Origin: Candidatus Poseidoniaceae archaeon
GTDB lineage: Archaea > Thermoplasmatota > Poseidoniia > Poseidoniales > Poseidoniaceae
Direction of reading: 5' to 3'
Assembly (NCBI GenBank): GCA_943789275.1
Contig: CALSTM010000001.1
Location: forward strand, 90,001 to 122,000
DNA length: 32,000 nt
Each line of letters begins with the position of its first letter. The stretch's first letter is position 1. The notes beneath the pieces are model-generated. The model had not been told where the DNA came from, searched no databases, and was given only the letters and a program-made list of their open reading frames with translations. A program made the position numbers and the translations under genes. Below are positions 26,501 to 32,000 of the stretch, one piece after another.

Positions 26501-27611
26501 AGATTCCAGCGAAGATGGTGATGATGACAATGACAAGATTAGCGATTGGCAAGACGATTGTCCGCTCGGCGAATTAAGTTGGTTCTCAAGTGTGTTAACC
26601 GACTACGATGGCGATGGATGCCGGGACTTTACTGAGGATGAGGACGATGATAACGATAACCGCATTGACGTCGACGATGATTGCCCTCTTGGAGAGTCGG
26701 ATTGGGATTCAACCAATCCACTTCAAGATCTTGATGAGAACGGTTGTAAAGATTTCACACCTGAAGACTCCGATTCAGACGGTGATGGGATTGTTGATGC
26801 AGAAGATTTGTGCCCTGTAGGGGCAACTGGTTGGACTTCAACTCCATCGACAGATTATGACACCGATGGTTGTCAAGACAGTACTGAGGACCTCGATGAT
26901 GACAACGACCGAGTTTTGGACGTGAACGATGAGTGCCAGACAGGAGAGCTCCTGTGGGCGTCATCGAAATCCAAAGATCACGATGTTGACGGTTGCCGCG
27001 ATTCAACTGAAGACGAGGACGATGACAACGACGGAGTGAAGGACATAACCGACTTGTGTTCCACTGGGGATTTAGATTGGCTGACTTCACCGACCACCGA
27101 TTACGATGGGGATGGATGCAGAGATGAATCTGTGGAAGACCCCGATGATGATAACGACGGCCTTAATGACGCTTCTGATGACTGTAATCGCGGCATTCTC
27201 AACTGGATTTCGGATGAAGTAAATGATTACGATCAAGACGGTTGTAATGATTCCAGTGAGGATATCGATGATGACGGAGACGGTGTATCCGATACTCTCG
27301 ATACTTGCCCGCTCGGTGAGAAGTACTGGACTTCTGCCCCGGAATCGGACTCAGATGCAGATGGTTGCCGAGACGGCTATGAAGATACTGATTACGTAGC
27401 AGTCGTCGATGACAACACGGATGAGGCTGGCGACTCCATATGCAACCCGTTGCTTGAGAATTGTGTGAATGAAGAAGAGGAAGACAAGGTCAACACGGTC
27501 GATGCCAAATCCGAAAGCGAAGTGCGACAATTATTGATGACGATACTTGCTCTGGCTATCGTTCCGACCGTCATCGGTGTACTTTTCATCGCATACCGCA
27601 TGAAATGGTAA
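20511..27611 (+). CDS. Giant hyper-acidic cell-surface protein with about 52 tandem thrombospondin-type-3-like Ca2+-binding modules, an N-terminal signal peptide and a C-terminal TM anchor.
   Basis: The module is C-x2-G-x2-GW-x-S-x4-D-x-D-x-DGC-x-D-x2-3-ED-x-DDDNDG-x2-D-x2-D. Counting DGC cores by eye gives about 52 modules. Two further modules have the canonical TSP3 pattern (NCQLxxNTxQxNxDxDSEGDxCDDDDDNDG). I prefer the ATG at 20511: its product, MLAERMRRFGAFAALAMFVFASV, looks like a signal peptide, and aataaaag (20481-20488) is a TATA-like box about 25 nt upstream. The ORF is open from ATG 20448, which is an alternative start. The C-terminus LLMTILALAIVPTVIGVLFIAYRMKW is a TM anchor. Confidence 0.9.
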   Translation: MLAERMRRFGAFAALAMFVFASVSTSQLMFLELENTSDISTLYSSSRSTDSDSDGILDLDDACPTGNNGWTSNSTTDHDSDGCQDSNEDQDDDNDTITDNFDDCATGVIGWTPTAINDYDSDGCQDSTEDNDDDNDNVTDFLDTCPIGDKGWISSSVNDYDSDGCQDVSEDGDDDNDSVLDGSDSCQTGDLGWTSTAITDVDGDGCRDASEDDDDDGDGLLDGNDDCPTGDTGWTSSSATDHDSDGCQDASTEDTDDDNDGITDSADDCQDGDLGWTPDSSTDYDSDGCQDSSEDLDDDNDLVFDNTDDCRLGNLGWTSSSSTDHDSDGCQDASSEDDDDDNDGVADGIDDCSTGNLGWTSSALTTDYDTDGCQDSLEDLDDDNDGVADLAPDLCQTGEMGWTSSPSTDFDGDGCRDSTEDFDTDNDQIPDDDDDCVNGNTGWVSNSSTDHDTDGCQDASPEDLDDDNDGINDSLDACQFGVIGWSPSSSTDYDSDGCRDSDEDPDDDNDGVSDGSDLCQTGELGWISSSSNDYDSDGCKDSTEDNDRDNDLILDAADVCPQGNLGWTSSAVTDHDTDGCQDSLEDPDDDNDGVFDGFDACPTGALGWTSSSATDRDSDGCRDSDEDPDDDNDDVSDSMDSCPNGDMGWTSSSTTDHDSDGCRDASSEDTDDDNDSVLDAADTCQTGTIGWTPTTLTDYDSDGCKDDVEDNDDDNDGIVDSNDACEKGDLGWTSTLLNDNDQDGCRDATEDFDSDNDGVTDDLDLCPQGITGWSSSSSTDYDSDGCKDTSAEDTDDDNDGIPDGNDSCPTGTIGWSPDSTNDYDSDGCKDDTSFDPDDDNDGVFDPFDDCEKGDLNWSSSTSTDHDDDGCQDSLEDLDDDNDSVLDLHPDDCQFGITGWTSTALTDSDNDGCKDDSLEDTDDDNDGIADNLDECQFGEGGWNPSPSTDYDSDGCRDATEDLDDDNDGVEDLDPDNCPKGDLNWISNALTDNDGDGCQDNSIEDGDDDNDGIADNLDVCQAGDVGWSPSPSTDYDSDGCQDSLEDLDDDNDGVFDLHPDVCDKGDLGWTSTPANDYDGDGCRDSTEDSDTDNDGIDDVNDDCNFLELGWISSSATDHDSDGCKDDSNEDLDDDNDGITDSLDQCPTGIIGWTPTLVNDYDSDGCRDADEDIDDDNDGVGDSSDTCDTGDLGWTSNSTTDFDGDGCRDSSEDIDDDNDTITDTSDNCQLAVNTGQENHDFDSEGDACDDDDDNDGVDDDVPDNCIRGALGWTSTPTNDFDGDGCRDLDEDDDDDADGISDTSDDCTPGQTGWTSSSTTDHDSDGCRDASSEDTDDDNDSVLDPADSCFRGALGWISSPSTDYDGDGCRDADEDPDDDGDTVADSADSCPTSTVGWISNSSTDNDGDGCEDGVNDPDDDNDGVADGIDNCQLTPNTDQANYDGDSEGDVCDDDDDNDGVNDPIDSCSQGNTGWTSTTFTDHDGDGCQDFTSEDLDADNDTVPDTVDTCQLGIVGWISNSITDYDGDGCQDIGEDMDDDNDGVPDVNDRCQTGEMGWTPTPGTDYDSDGCRDISEDLDDDNDGIIDTIDVQCQKGDLGWISGPATDHDSDGCRDAGEDLDDDNDTKADVNDDCRVGELGWISNATTDYDSDGCRDLTEDQDDDNDLILDDFDDCWPADLGWTSNSTTDWDSDGCNDFSEDSDDDNDGIPDSIDACQTGDLGWTSTFTSDNDDMITDWDGDGCRDVGEDPDDDNDGVLDGSDSCPKIRNHWNWSSADFSDHDGDGCMDDFYNNGFFSLEEDLDDDNDGVLDVDDDCQKGDLGWTSEPITDNDGDGCRDSNEDSDDDNDGIEDLDDNCPSGEFGWIPSNLTDYDSDGCLDVSEDLDDDNDGVIDFADLCQTGELDWTSSGSEDYDSDGCRDSTEDLDDDNDNVPDDADNCSTGRMGWSAPSENIDYDFDGCYDGTEDKDDDNDGVLDVQDTCNRGTRNWTSLPTNDYDSDGCQDSSEDGDDDNDKISDWQDDCPLGELSWFSSVLTDYDGDGCRDFTEDEDDDNDNRIDVDDDCPLGESDWDSTNPLQDLDENGCKDFTPEDSDSDGDGIVDAEDLCPVGATGWTSTPSTDYDTDGCQDSTEDLDDDNDRVLDVNDECQTGELLWASSKSKDHDVDGCRDSTEDEDDDNDGVKDITDLCSTGDLDWLTSPTTDYDGDGCRDESVEDPDDDNDGLNDASDDCNRGILNWISDEVNDYDQDGCNDSSEDIDDDGDGVSDTLDTCPLGEKYWTSAPESDSDADGCRDGYEDTDYVAVVDDNTDEAGDSICNPLLENCVNEEEEDKVNTVDAKSESEVRQLLMTILALAIVPTVIGVLFIAYRMKW
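20658..27392 (+). repeat. Coding tandem-repeat region of the giant gene (module period about 135-141 bp, diverged at DNA level).
   Basis: It runs from the first DSDSDG (aa 71 counted from 20448) to the last DSDADGCRDGYEDTD module. Synonymous and nonsynonymous divergence between modules is visible throughout, except for one near-identical pair (see findings). Confidence 0.85.
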
Positions 27612-27815
27612 TTTTCACGAACCGGTGTACTTTTCATCGCATACCGCATGAAATGGTAATTTTCACGAATCGGTGTACTTTTCATCGCATACCGCATGAA
27701 ATGGTAATTTTCACGAATCGGGGTACTTTTCATCGCATACCGCATGAAATGGTAATTTCCACGAATTGATGTACTTTCACCGCATACCCGCATGATATGG
27801 AAGTTTTCATGACGA
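27575..27815 (+). repeat. Five tandem 48-bp direct repeats. Copy 1 is the last 11 codons plus the stop of the giant gene.
   Basis: The unit is cggtgtacttttcatcgcataccgcatgaaatggtaattttcacgaa(c/t). Copies start at 27575, 27623, 27671, 27719 and 27767. Copies 1-3 are identical except for the last base. Copy 4 has 2 changes. Copy 5 is degenerate. Confidence 0.95.
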
Positions 27816-27854
27816 TACTCACAGGTTGAAAGGGGATGACCTCTTGCTCTTATT

Positions 27855-28352
27855 GTGTCGCGTATTCTGATAGTGGCTGCTTCGACGGGTAAAAACCTCG
27901 AACTCGCTCAGAAATTCAAGCATTCCTTGGAAGTGAAAGGACACGAAGGTACGGTTGTCGACTTGTGTACGCTCAACGCTCCAATGTACACACCTTTAGC
28001 AGAGAAGGAGTTATCCGACCTTTCGGTCATTGAACACATGATGGACTTGATTCTTTCAAGCGAGGCAATGATTGTTTGTGCTCCAGAATACAACGGTTCC
28101 ATACCTCCTGTTCTCAACAACATGATTGCCTGGTTGTCTGTACAATCGAAGAACTTTCGATCGCTCTTCAACCAGCGTACGATAGGGTTGGCTTCTGTAA
28201 GTGGAGGCGGCGGACAACATGCTGTAATGAGCATGCGGATGCAGTTTTCCTATCTCGGTTCAAATGTTCTAGGCCGACCAGTCATCATCAATAAAACAAA
28301 ACCATTCAACCAATCTTCGATTGATGAAATGATTGAACAGGTGATACTATGA
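27855..28352 (+). CDS. NAD(P)H-dependent FMN reductase / flavodoxin-like fold protein.
   Basis: GTG start. The N-terminal strand RILIVAASTGKN and the motif VCAPEYNGSIPPVLNNMIAWLS are characteristic of the FMN_red family. Size is 165 aa. Confidence 0.75.
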   Translation: MSRILIVAASTGKNLELAQKFKHSLEVKGHEGTVVDLCTLNAPMYTPLAEKELSDLSVIEHMMDLILSSEAMIVCAPEYNGSIPPVLNNMIAWLSVQSKNFRSLFNQRTIGLASVSGGGGQHAVMSMRMQFSYLGSNVLGRPVIINKTKPFNQSSIDEMIEQVIL

Positions 28353-29194
28353 AATTGGAAAGAACCTTGAAAATGACCGCTCCAACTCACACCGTCCTTG
28401 AAGGAGGAGGGTTTCCAGTGCGGCGACCTTCGGCTATGGGTACACTCATGAGCCCATTTTTGCTCCTCGATGAAATGGGTCCAGTTCATTGGGATCCTGG
28501 TCAAGCAATCGGGGCGCCAGCCCACCCTCACCGTGGTTTTGAGACGGTCACATACATGATTCAAGGAGCCATGCAACATGAAGACAGTGCTGGGAACAAA
28601 GGCGATTTGAATCCAGGAGATGTACAATGGATGACTGCCGGGCGGGGGATCATCCATTCTGAATTACCCCAAGATGATTTTCTGAAAACAGGTGGCGTAT
28701 CACATGGCTTTCAAATTTGGGTCAATCTCCCAGCTAAAGACAAAATGATGGAACCCCGTTACCAAGACATTGATTCTTCTGAAATCCCCAAAGTTTCATC
28801 GCCGGATGGCAAAGTATGGGCGAACGTTATCGCTGGTTCAACACTCGGAGTAAATGCGGTTATCGATACGGTCATACCCATCACCTACATTCACATGAAA
28901 ATACAACAAGGCGGAACGCACAGGCAACGCATCGAATCTGGGCTCAACGGTATGGTTTACGTTTTTGGCGGTACATTGCACCTTGGCGGAAAGCCCGTTC
29001 AAGACGGACAACTTGGTTTGATGACTGACGGAGATGAAGTCGTTCTGGAGGCCATCGATGACGACGCTGAGTTCTTGATTCTTGCCGGACCGGAACTTAA
29101 CGAACCGATTGCTCGATACGGGCCGTTTGTGATGAATACACGTGAAGAGATACATCAAGCAGTACTTGATTACCAAAACGGTACACTTGCGTAA
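28349..29194 (+). CDS. Pirin-family bicupin (quercetinase-like).
   Basis: The metal-ligand pattern is HPHRGFETVTY...MTAGRGIIHSE (H-x-H...H-x-E). Its length and C-terminal cupin are typical of pirins. ATGA overlap with the upstream FMN reductase gene. Confidence 0.9.
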   Translation: MKLERTLKMTAPTHTVLEGGGFPVRRPSAMGTLMSPFLLLDEMGPVHWDPGQAIGAPAHPHRGFETVTYMIQGAMQHEDSAGNKGDLNPGDVQWMTAGRGIIHSELPQDDFLKTGGVSHGFQIWVNLPAKDKMMEPRYQDIDSSEIPKVSSPDGKVWANVIAGSTLGVNAVIDTVIPITYIHMKIQQGGTHRQRIESGLNGMVYVFGGTLHLGGKPVQDGQLGLMTDGDEVVLEAIDDDAEFLILAGPELNEPIARYGPFVMNTREEIHQAVLDYQNGTLA

Positions 29195-29241
29195 CGCAGG
29201 ACTTCATACGCTGTGATGCAGTGAAGAAGCGCTCCCTTGAA

Positions 29242-29913
29242 TCAAGAATGTGAGTTATCAATTGTTTGCTTCGACCAAGAATTGATGATCGAACCTTCTG
29301 CTGATTGAAGATGTTCTGCAACAGTTCCTTGACGAATTCCGAGTGAGTCTGCTATATCTCGCTGAGTACAGCCTCTCGGCGTTGAATAGTAACCAAGGTC
29401 AACTGCTTTTTTCATGACTTCGTGACGACGAGATGGTAGCCGGGGAGCGCTAATCCAATCCGATGCGACGGTCTTACTGATGCGCATTTTAAGTTCACCA
29501 GGTATTATTTTTGAAATCAAATCTCTCGCCTCTTTTAATCCAGCTACAGTTCCTTGTATTGTCCACATCAATCCGTTTCTACGAGAGAGAGAAGACGGCG
29601 ATGCAAACCAACAACCTTTGGTACTTTGAACCAAGGCACCCAAAGGTCCTGGCAACTTTGCCACGACGTAAGCATAATGATCTGTTTTGAGCAAAACCTC
29701 TTCAATTTGAAAACTCAAATCAAGGTCTATTCGTTTGTCGAAGACATCGGGATTTTCGTACTCGACGAGGAATACATAACTGGCAGGGGAAATTTGAGTG
29801 TTTACAGCGCTCACAAATTCTACCTTCGTAAAGTATTCAGTGATGTTCACTCCAGGGAGGTGCGACCCTTTTTCCAGCGACATTTGGACTTGAAAATATT
29901 TTAGCCCGTCCAC
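29242..29913 (-). CDS. HTH_10 (Bat-like) family transcriptional regulator.
   Basis: The C-terminal GYYSTPRGCTQRDIADSLGIRQGTVAEHLQSAEGSIINSW matches the archaeal HTH_10 motif (GY[FY]-x-PR...LA-x-LGIS-x-x-x-x-E-x-LRR-x-E). The start is GTG 29913 or ATG 29883. Confidence 0.75.
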   Translation of the reverse strand: MDGLKYFQVQMSLEKGSHLPGVNITEYFTKVEFVSAVNTQISPASYVFLVEYENPDVFDKRIDLDLSFQIEEVLLKTDHYAYVVAKLPGPLGALVQSTKGCWFASPSSLSRRNGLMWTIQGTVAGLKEARDLISKIIPGELKMRISKTVASDWISAPRLPSRRHEVMKKAVDLGYYSTPRGCTQRDIADSLGIRQGTVAEHLQSAEGSIINSWSKQTIDNSHS

Positions 29914-30039
29914 AAGTATACCCCGTTATAACAGGCTATTGGATGGTAGAATATAATTTGACCCGTTCTTTATACGCTTCAAGTAAAATTTCTATGGGGT
30001 AGATTTGTAAAGGTAGGGCTAGGGAGCAAACTGATTGAC

Positions 30040-31347
30040 ATGTCTACAGTGGACGAGTACCTCGAACAAATTGAAGCATTGGACACCCTCCCTAAGGTTG
30101 GTCTGTGTGTCGGTTTGATGGTTTTAGCGCTTGCTTTTTGCAAGTATTTTGTCCTACGGCCTTTCCGTAATTTAGTGACTCGGTCAAAGGCTCAATGGGA
30201 CGATGCTCTCATTGTACCACTCTCGAACCGACTTTACTTCTTCGTCGTTGTGGCTGGCCTTCAATTATCCGGAGTTTGGGTTACCGACTCAGATTCGGAG
30301 TTGCTTGAATCTCTGTTTCCGTACTTTAGCGTCATCTACATAATGACGACAACCTCCATCTTGAGCACCGGTATCAAGCACCTTGTCCCTGTCATTCTTG
30401 GACGTTTCACTGCAAAGTCAAGCGTAACGGTTTCAGGTGGTAATCCTTTGATTGTGTTCATGTTGCGTGCAGTCACCTACTTTGTCGGTCTCAACCTTGC
30501 GCTCAATGAACTGAACATCGAATTACTTGGTCTGTTCGCTTCATTGGCGGTCTTCTCCCTCATCATTGGATTGGCCGTTCAACAAACGCTCGGTAACATC
30601 GTCAATTCATTCATGCTTGCAGTTGACCGGCCGTTTGAAGTCGGAGACCGTATTGAAGTCGAGGGCATGATTGGTACAGTTATCTCAATGGGTATTCTAT
30701 CGACGAAGGTATTAGATCGAGATGAGAAACTGGTTGTTATCCCGAACAATTCACTTATTTCATCCACACTGGTGAACCACGCTCGTGGTGGTGGCGATGG
30801 AATCGCAAGAAGAATTTCTGTAGTTGTCGACATTGGTGTCGACTACCGTGAGAGCATTGACCACGTCAAGGTCACAATGCTCAAATTAGCACGAGATTGT
30901 CCATACACCATCGATTCACCTGAACCTCGAGTTCTTCTGGTCGAACTTGGTGATTTCGCTAAGGTGCTCCGATTGTACACTTGGGTTGCTGATTACAGCG
31001 ATGAATGGGTGACTCGTGACTGGCTGCTTAAGTCGTTAGATGAACGGTTTGAGCAAGAACATATTCGTATACCGTTCCCAACTGCAGTCGAGCTTTCCGG
31101 TGAAGAAGAGGAGATGCAATCCGGCGATGCTCGCTCGAAGGAGAGCCGTCAACTTGCTGCAAAGCGTCAGATGACCCGTGAAGACAGAAATCTTCGTAAG
31201 CAACGAGATGAAGCTCGTGAGGAACTCGAAAACATCCAAGAGATGCTACGAGATACCGGTATCAGTAAGGAAGAACGTGCTGACCTGGATAACAGAGCAA
31301 TTGAGTTGTCCAAGACGCTTACCATGTTCGATACCGATGATGATTGA
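30040..31347 (+). CDS. MscS-family small-conductance mechanosensitive channel with a charged C-terminal extension.
   Basis: N-terminal TM helices are followed by the MscS core: AVQQTLGNIVNSFMLAVDRPFEVGDRIEVEGMIGTVISMGILSTKVLDRDEKLVVIPNNSLISSTLVNH. Confidence 0.88.
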   Translation: MSTVDEYLEQIEALDTLPKVGLCVGLMVLALAFCKYFVLRPFRNLVTRSKAQWDDALIVPLSNRLYFFVVVAGLQLSGVWVTDSDSELLESLFPYFSVIYIMTTTSILSTGIKHLVPVILGRFTAKSSVTVSGGNPLIVFMLRAVTYFVGLNLALNELNIELLGLFASLAVFSLIIGLAVQQTLGNIVNSFMLAVDRPFEVGDRIEVEGMIGTVISMGILSTKVLDRDEKLVVIPNNSLISSTLVNHARGGGDGIARRISVVVDIGVDYRESIDHVKVTMLKLARDCPYTIDSPEPRVLLVELGDFAKVLRLYTWVADYSDEWVTRDWLLKSLDERFEQEHIRIPFPTAVELSGEEEEMQSGDARSKESRQLAAKRQMTREDRNLRKQRDEAREELENIQEMLRDTGISKEERADLDNRAIELSKTLTMFDTDDD

Positions 31348-31577
31348 GTGAATCATCGGCTCAATTTCAACCAAGGTTGTTTCAGAGTTTTGATCTGAAT
31401 GTTGGATGGTAGTTTGTTGGATTTAACGTGCGCTCCTCATTAAAGGAATCATCAGCAATGTGGTGATGATTTCATACGACTGCTTAGAGTTAAGTGCCTT
31501 CTTTCGCTCAAAAGTCGATGATGCTCGTGCGGGTCTCAAGCATTATGCTAAAAATGTCGTTGGCAAGAAATGCAATA

Positions 31578-31601
31578 CCCCGTTTCGACACCGAAAAGGG
31601 G
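31578..31601. other. Intergenic hairpin (10-bp stem with 1 mismatch, 4-nt loop).
   Basis: The sequence is ccccgtttcg-acac-cgaaaagggg, between MscS and tRNA-Glu. Confidence 0.4.
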
Positions 31602-31624
31602 GTGGATGGGTAAGATTTCAACCG

Positions 31625-31642
31625 TTTTTTGAGTAAAATAAA
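31625..31642. terminator. Oligo-T tracts on both strands (putative bidirectional archaeal terminator).
   Basis: T6 on the plus strand (31625-31630) lies downstream of the hairpin. TTTATTTT on the minus strand (complement of 31635-31642) is about 30 nt past the tRNA 3' end. Confidence 0.35.
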
Positions 31643-31671
31643 CGCGTTACTGCGTGCTATTTGAGTCAAGA

Positions 31672-31746
31672 TGCTCGTGCCGGGATTCGAACCCGGGTCG
31701 GCGGGATGAAAACCCACTATGATGGACCTGGCTACACCACACGAGC
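31672..31746 (-). tRNA. tRNA-Glu (anticodon UUC), with no encoded CCA.
   Basis: The reverse complement is GCTCGTG-TG-GTGTAGCCAGGTCCATCAT-A-GTGGG-TTTTCAT-CCCGC-CGAC-CCGGG-TTCGAAT-CCCGG-CACGAGC-A. It has a 7-bp acceptor stem, a 5-bp anticodon stem with loop uU-UUC-Au, a GTTCGAATC T-loop and a 4-nt variable region, as in archaeal tRNA-Glu. Confidence 0.9.
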
Positions 31747-31806
31747 GACAGCCTGTCCACCAACCTCCCCTTGATAATGATTCGCACCATCGAATGTGGT
31801 GAGGAT

Positions 31807-32000
31807 TCAATCGACTGTGTCTGAGTCAGTGCTTATTGATTCAAGTTCAATGCCAGACCACCATTTCCAAACAAACCATGCCAGTATCGAGGCGAGTATC
31901 ATGCCTAAGCCGAGAATGATTTCATTATCGAGAAACCAGTTTATGGAATCAATGGCAGCATTTCCATAAATACCGATCAAGGCTGCCTCCAAGCCAAAAC
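31807..32000 (-). CDS. Small membrane protein, probably 5'-truncated by the window edge (hypothetical).
   Basis: The frame is still open upstream of the TTG at 31992. It has a hydrophobic helix, IILGLGMILASILAWFVWKWW, and an acidic tail. Confidence 0.35.
   Translation of the reverse strand, partial: FGLEAALIGIYGNAAIDSINWFLDNEIILGLGMILASILAWFVWKWWSGIELESISTDSDTVD

Noticed and set aside
20557-27090. About 30 alternative-frame and antisense ORFs (60-213 aa) inside the giant gene, e.g. 21115-21681, 21958-22599, 24223-24741 and 25056-25478.
   Set aside because: They are shadows of the GAT/GAC-rich repeat. Their products are low-complexity (M/T/I-rich in shifted frames, S-rich or H/R-rich antisense). 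All are nested within the single uninterrupted 7-kb frame, which has a coherent modular protein.
27392-27793. Minus-strand ORF of 133 aa with a repeated IRENYHFMRYAMKSTP motif.
   Set aside because: It is simply the reverse-complement reading of the 48-bp tandem array (16 codons per unit). It overlaps the true 3' end of the giant gene and has no start context or plausible fold.
27575-27815. Possible CRISPR array.
   Set aside because: The units are directly contiguous with a 48-bp period and no unique spacers. Copy 1 is coding sequence, and there are no cas genes in the window.
31672-31746. Reading the tRNA anticodon as UCA (selenocysteine or opal-suppressor-like).
   Set aside because: That arose from a mis-registered anticodon stem. 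With the 5-bp stem GTGGG/CCCGC the 7-nt loop is TTTTCAT. This gives U33, anticodon UUC and A37, and the overall architecture matches archaeal tRNA-Glu.
31508-31810. Minus-strand ORF of 100 aa.
   Set aside because: It runs straight through tRNA-Glu (31672-31746) and the intergenic hairpins, and its composition is not protein-like.
1-32000. Search for defence systems, integrases, transposases, toxin-antitoxin pairs or a prophage.
   Set aside because: I recognised no nuclease, helicase, methylase, integrase or transposase signatures beyond the housekeeping repair genes PolX and Nth. The only mobility hint is the short tRNA 3'-end relic reported above.

Overview
This window reads as an archaeal chromosome segment. 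The evidence is an archaellum operon, an archaeal-type tRNA-Glu with no encoded CCA, GGAGGTGA-type Shine-Dalgarno sites and an HTH_10 regulator. A marine planktonic euryarchaeon (MGII/Poseidoniales-like) is my guess only. Layout: (1) 3-3585, a 5'-truncated, sequon-rich CARDB/NEW3-like membrane protein plus an overlapping coiled-coil/NEW3-like partner. (2) 3642-11730, an archaellum cluster: flaB-flaB, an unknown 282-aa gene, flaF-flaG-flaH-flaI-flaJ, and a trailing small membrane ORF. No recognisable flaC/D/E is present. (3) 11733-14899 on the minus strand, a tightly coupled polX, two small ORFs and nth. (4) Housekeeping genes: Nfu-like protein, membrane pyrophosphatase, lipoprotein, carboxylesterase, glutaredoxin. 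(5) 20511-27611, a giant hyper-acidic surface protein of about 52 tandem Cys-pair Asp-rich modules derived from thrombospondin type-3 repeats. It is followed by five tandem 48-bp copies of its own 3' end. (6) An FMN reductase-pirin pair, an HTH_10 regulator, MscS, and tRNA-Glu(UUC) with a nearby relic of its 3' end. I saw no CRISPR array, integrase, transposase or recognisable defence genes. The most unusual items are the giant repeat protein with its 3'-end array, and the lineage-specific unknown genes in and next to the archaellum operon.
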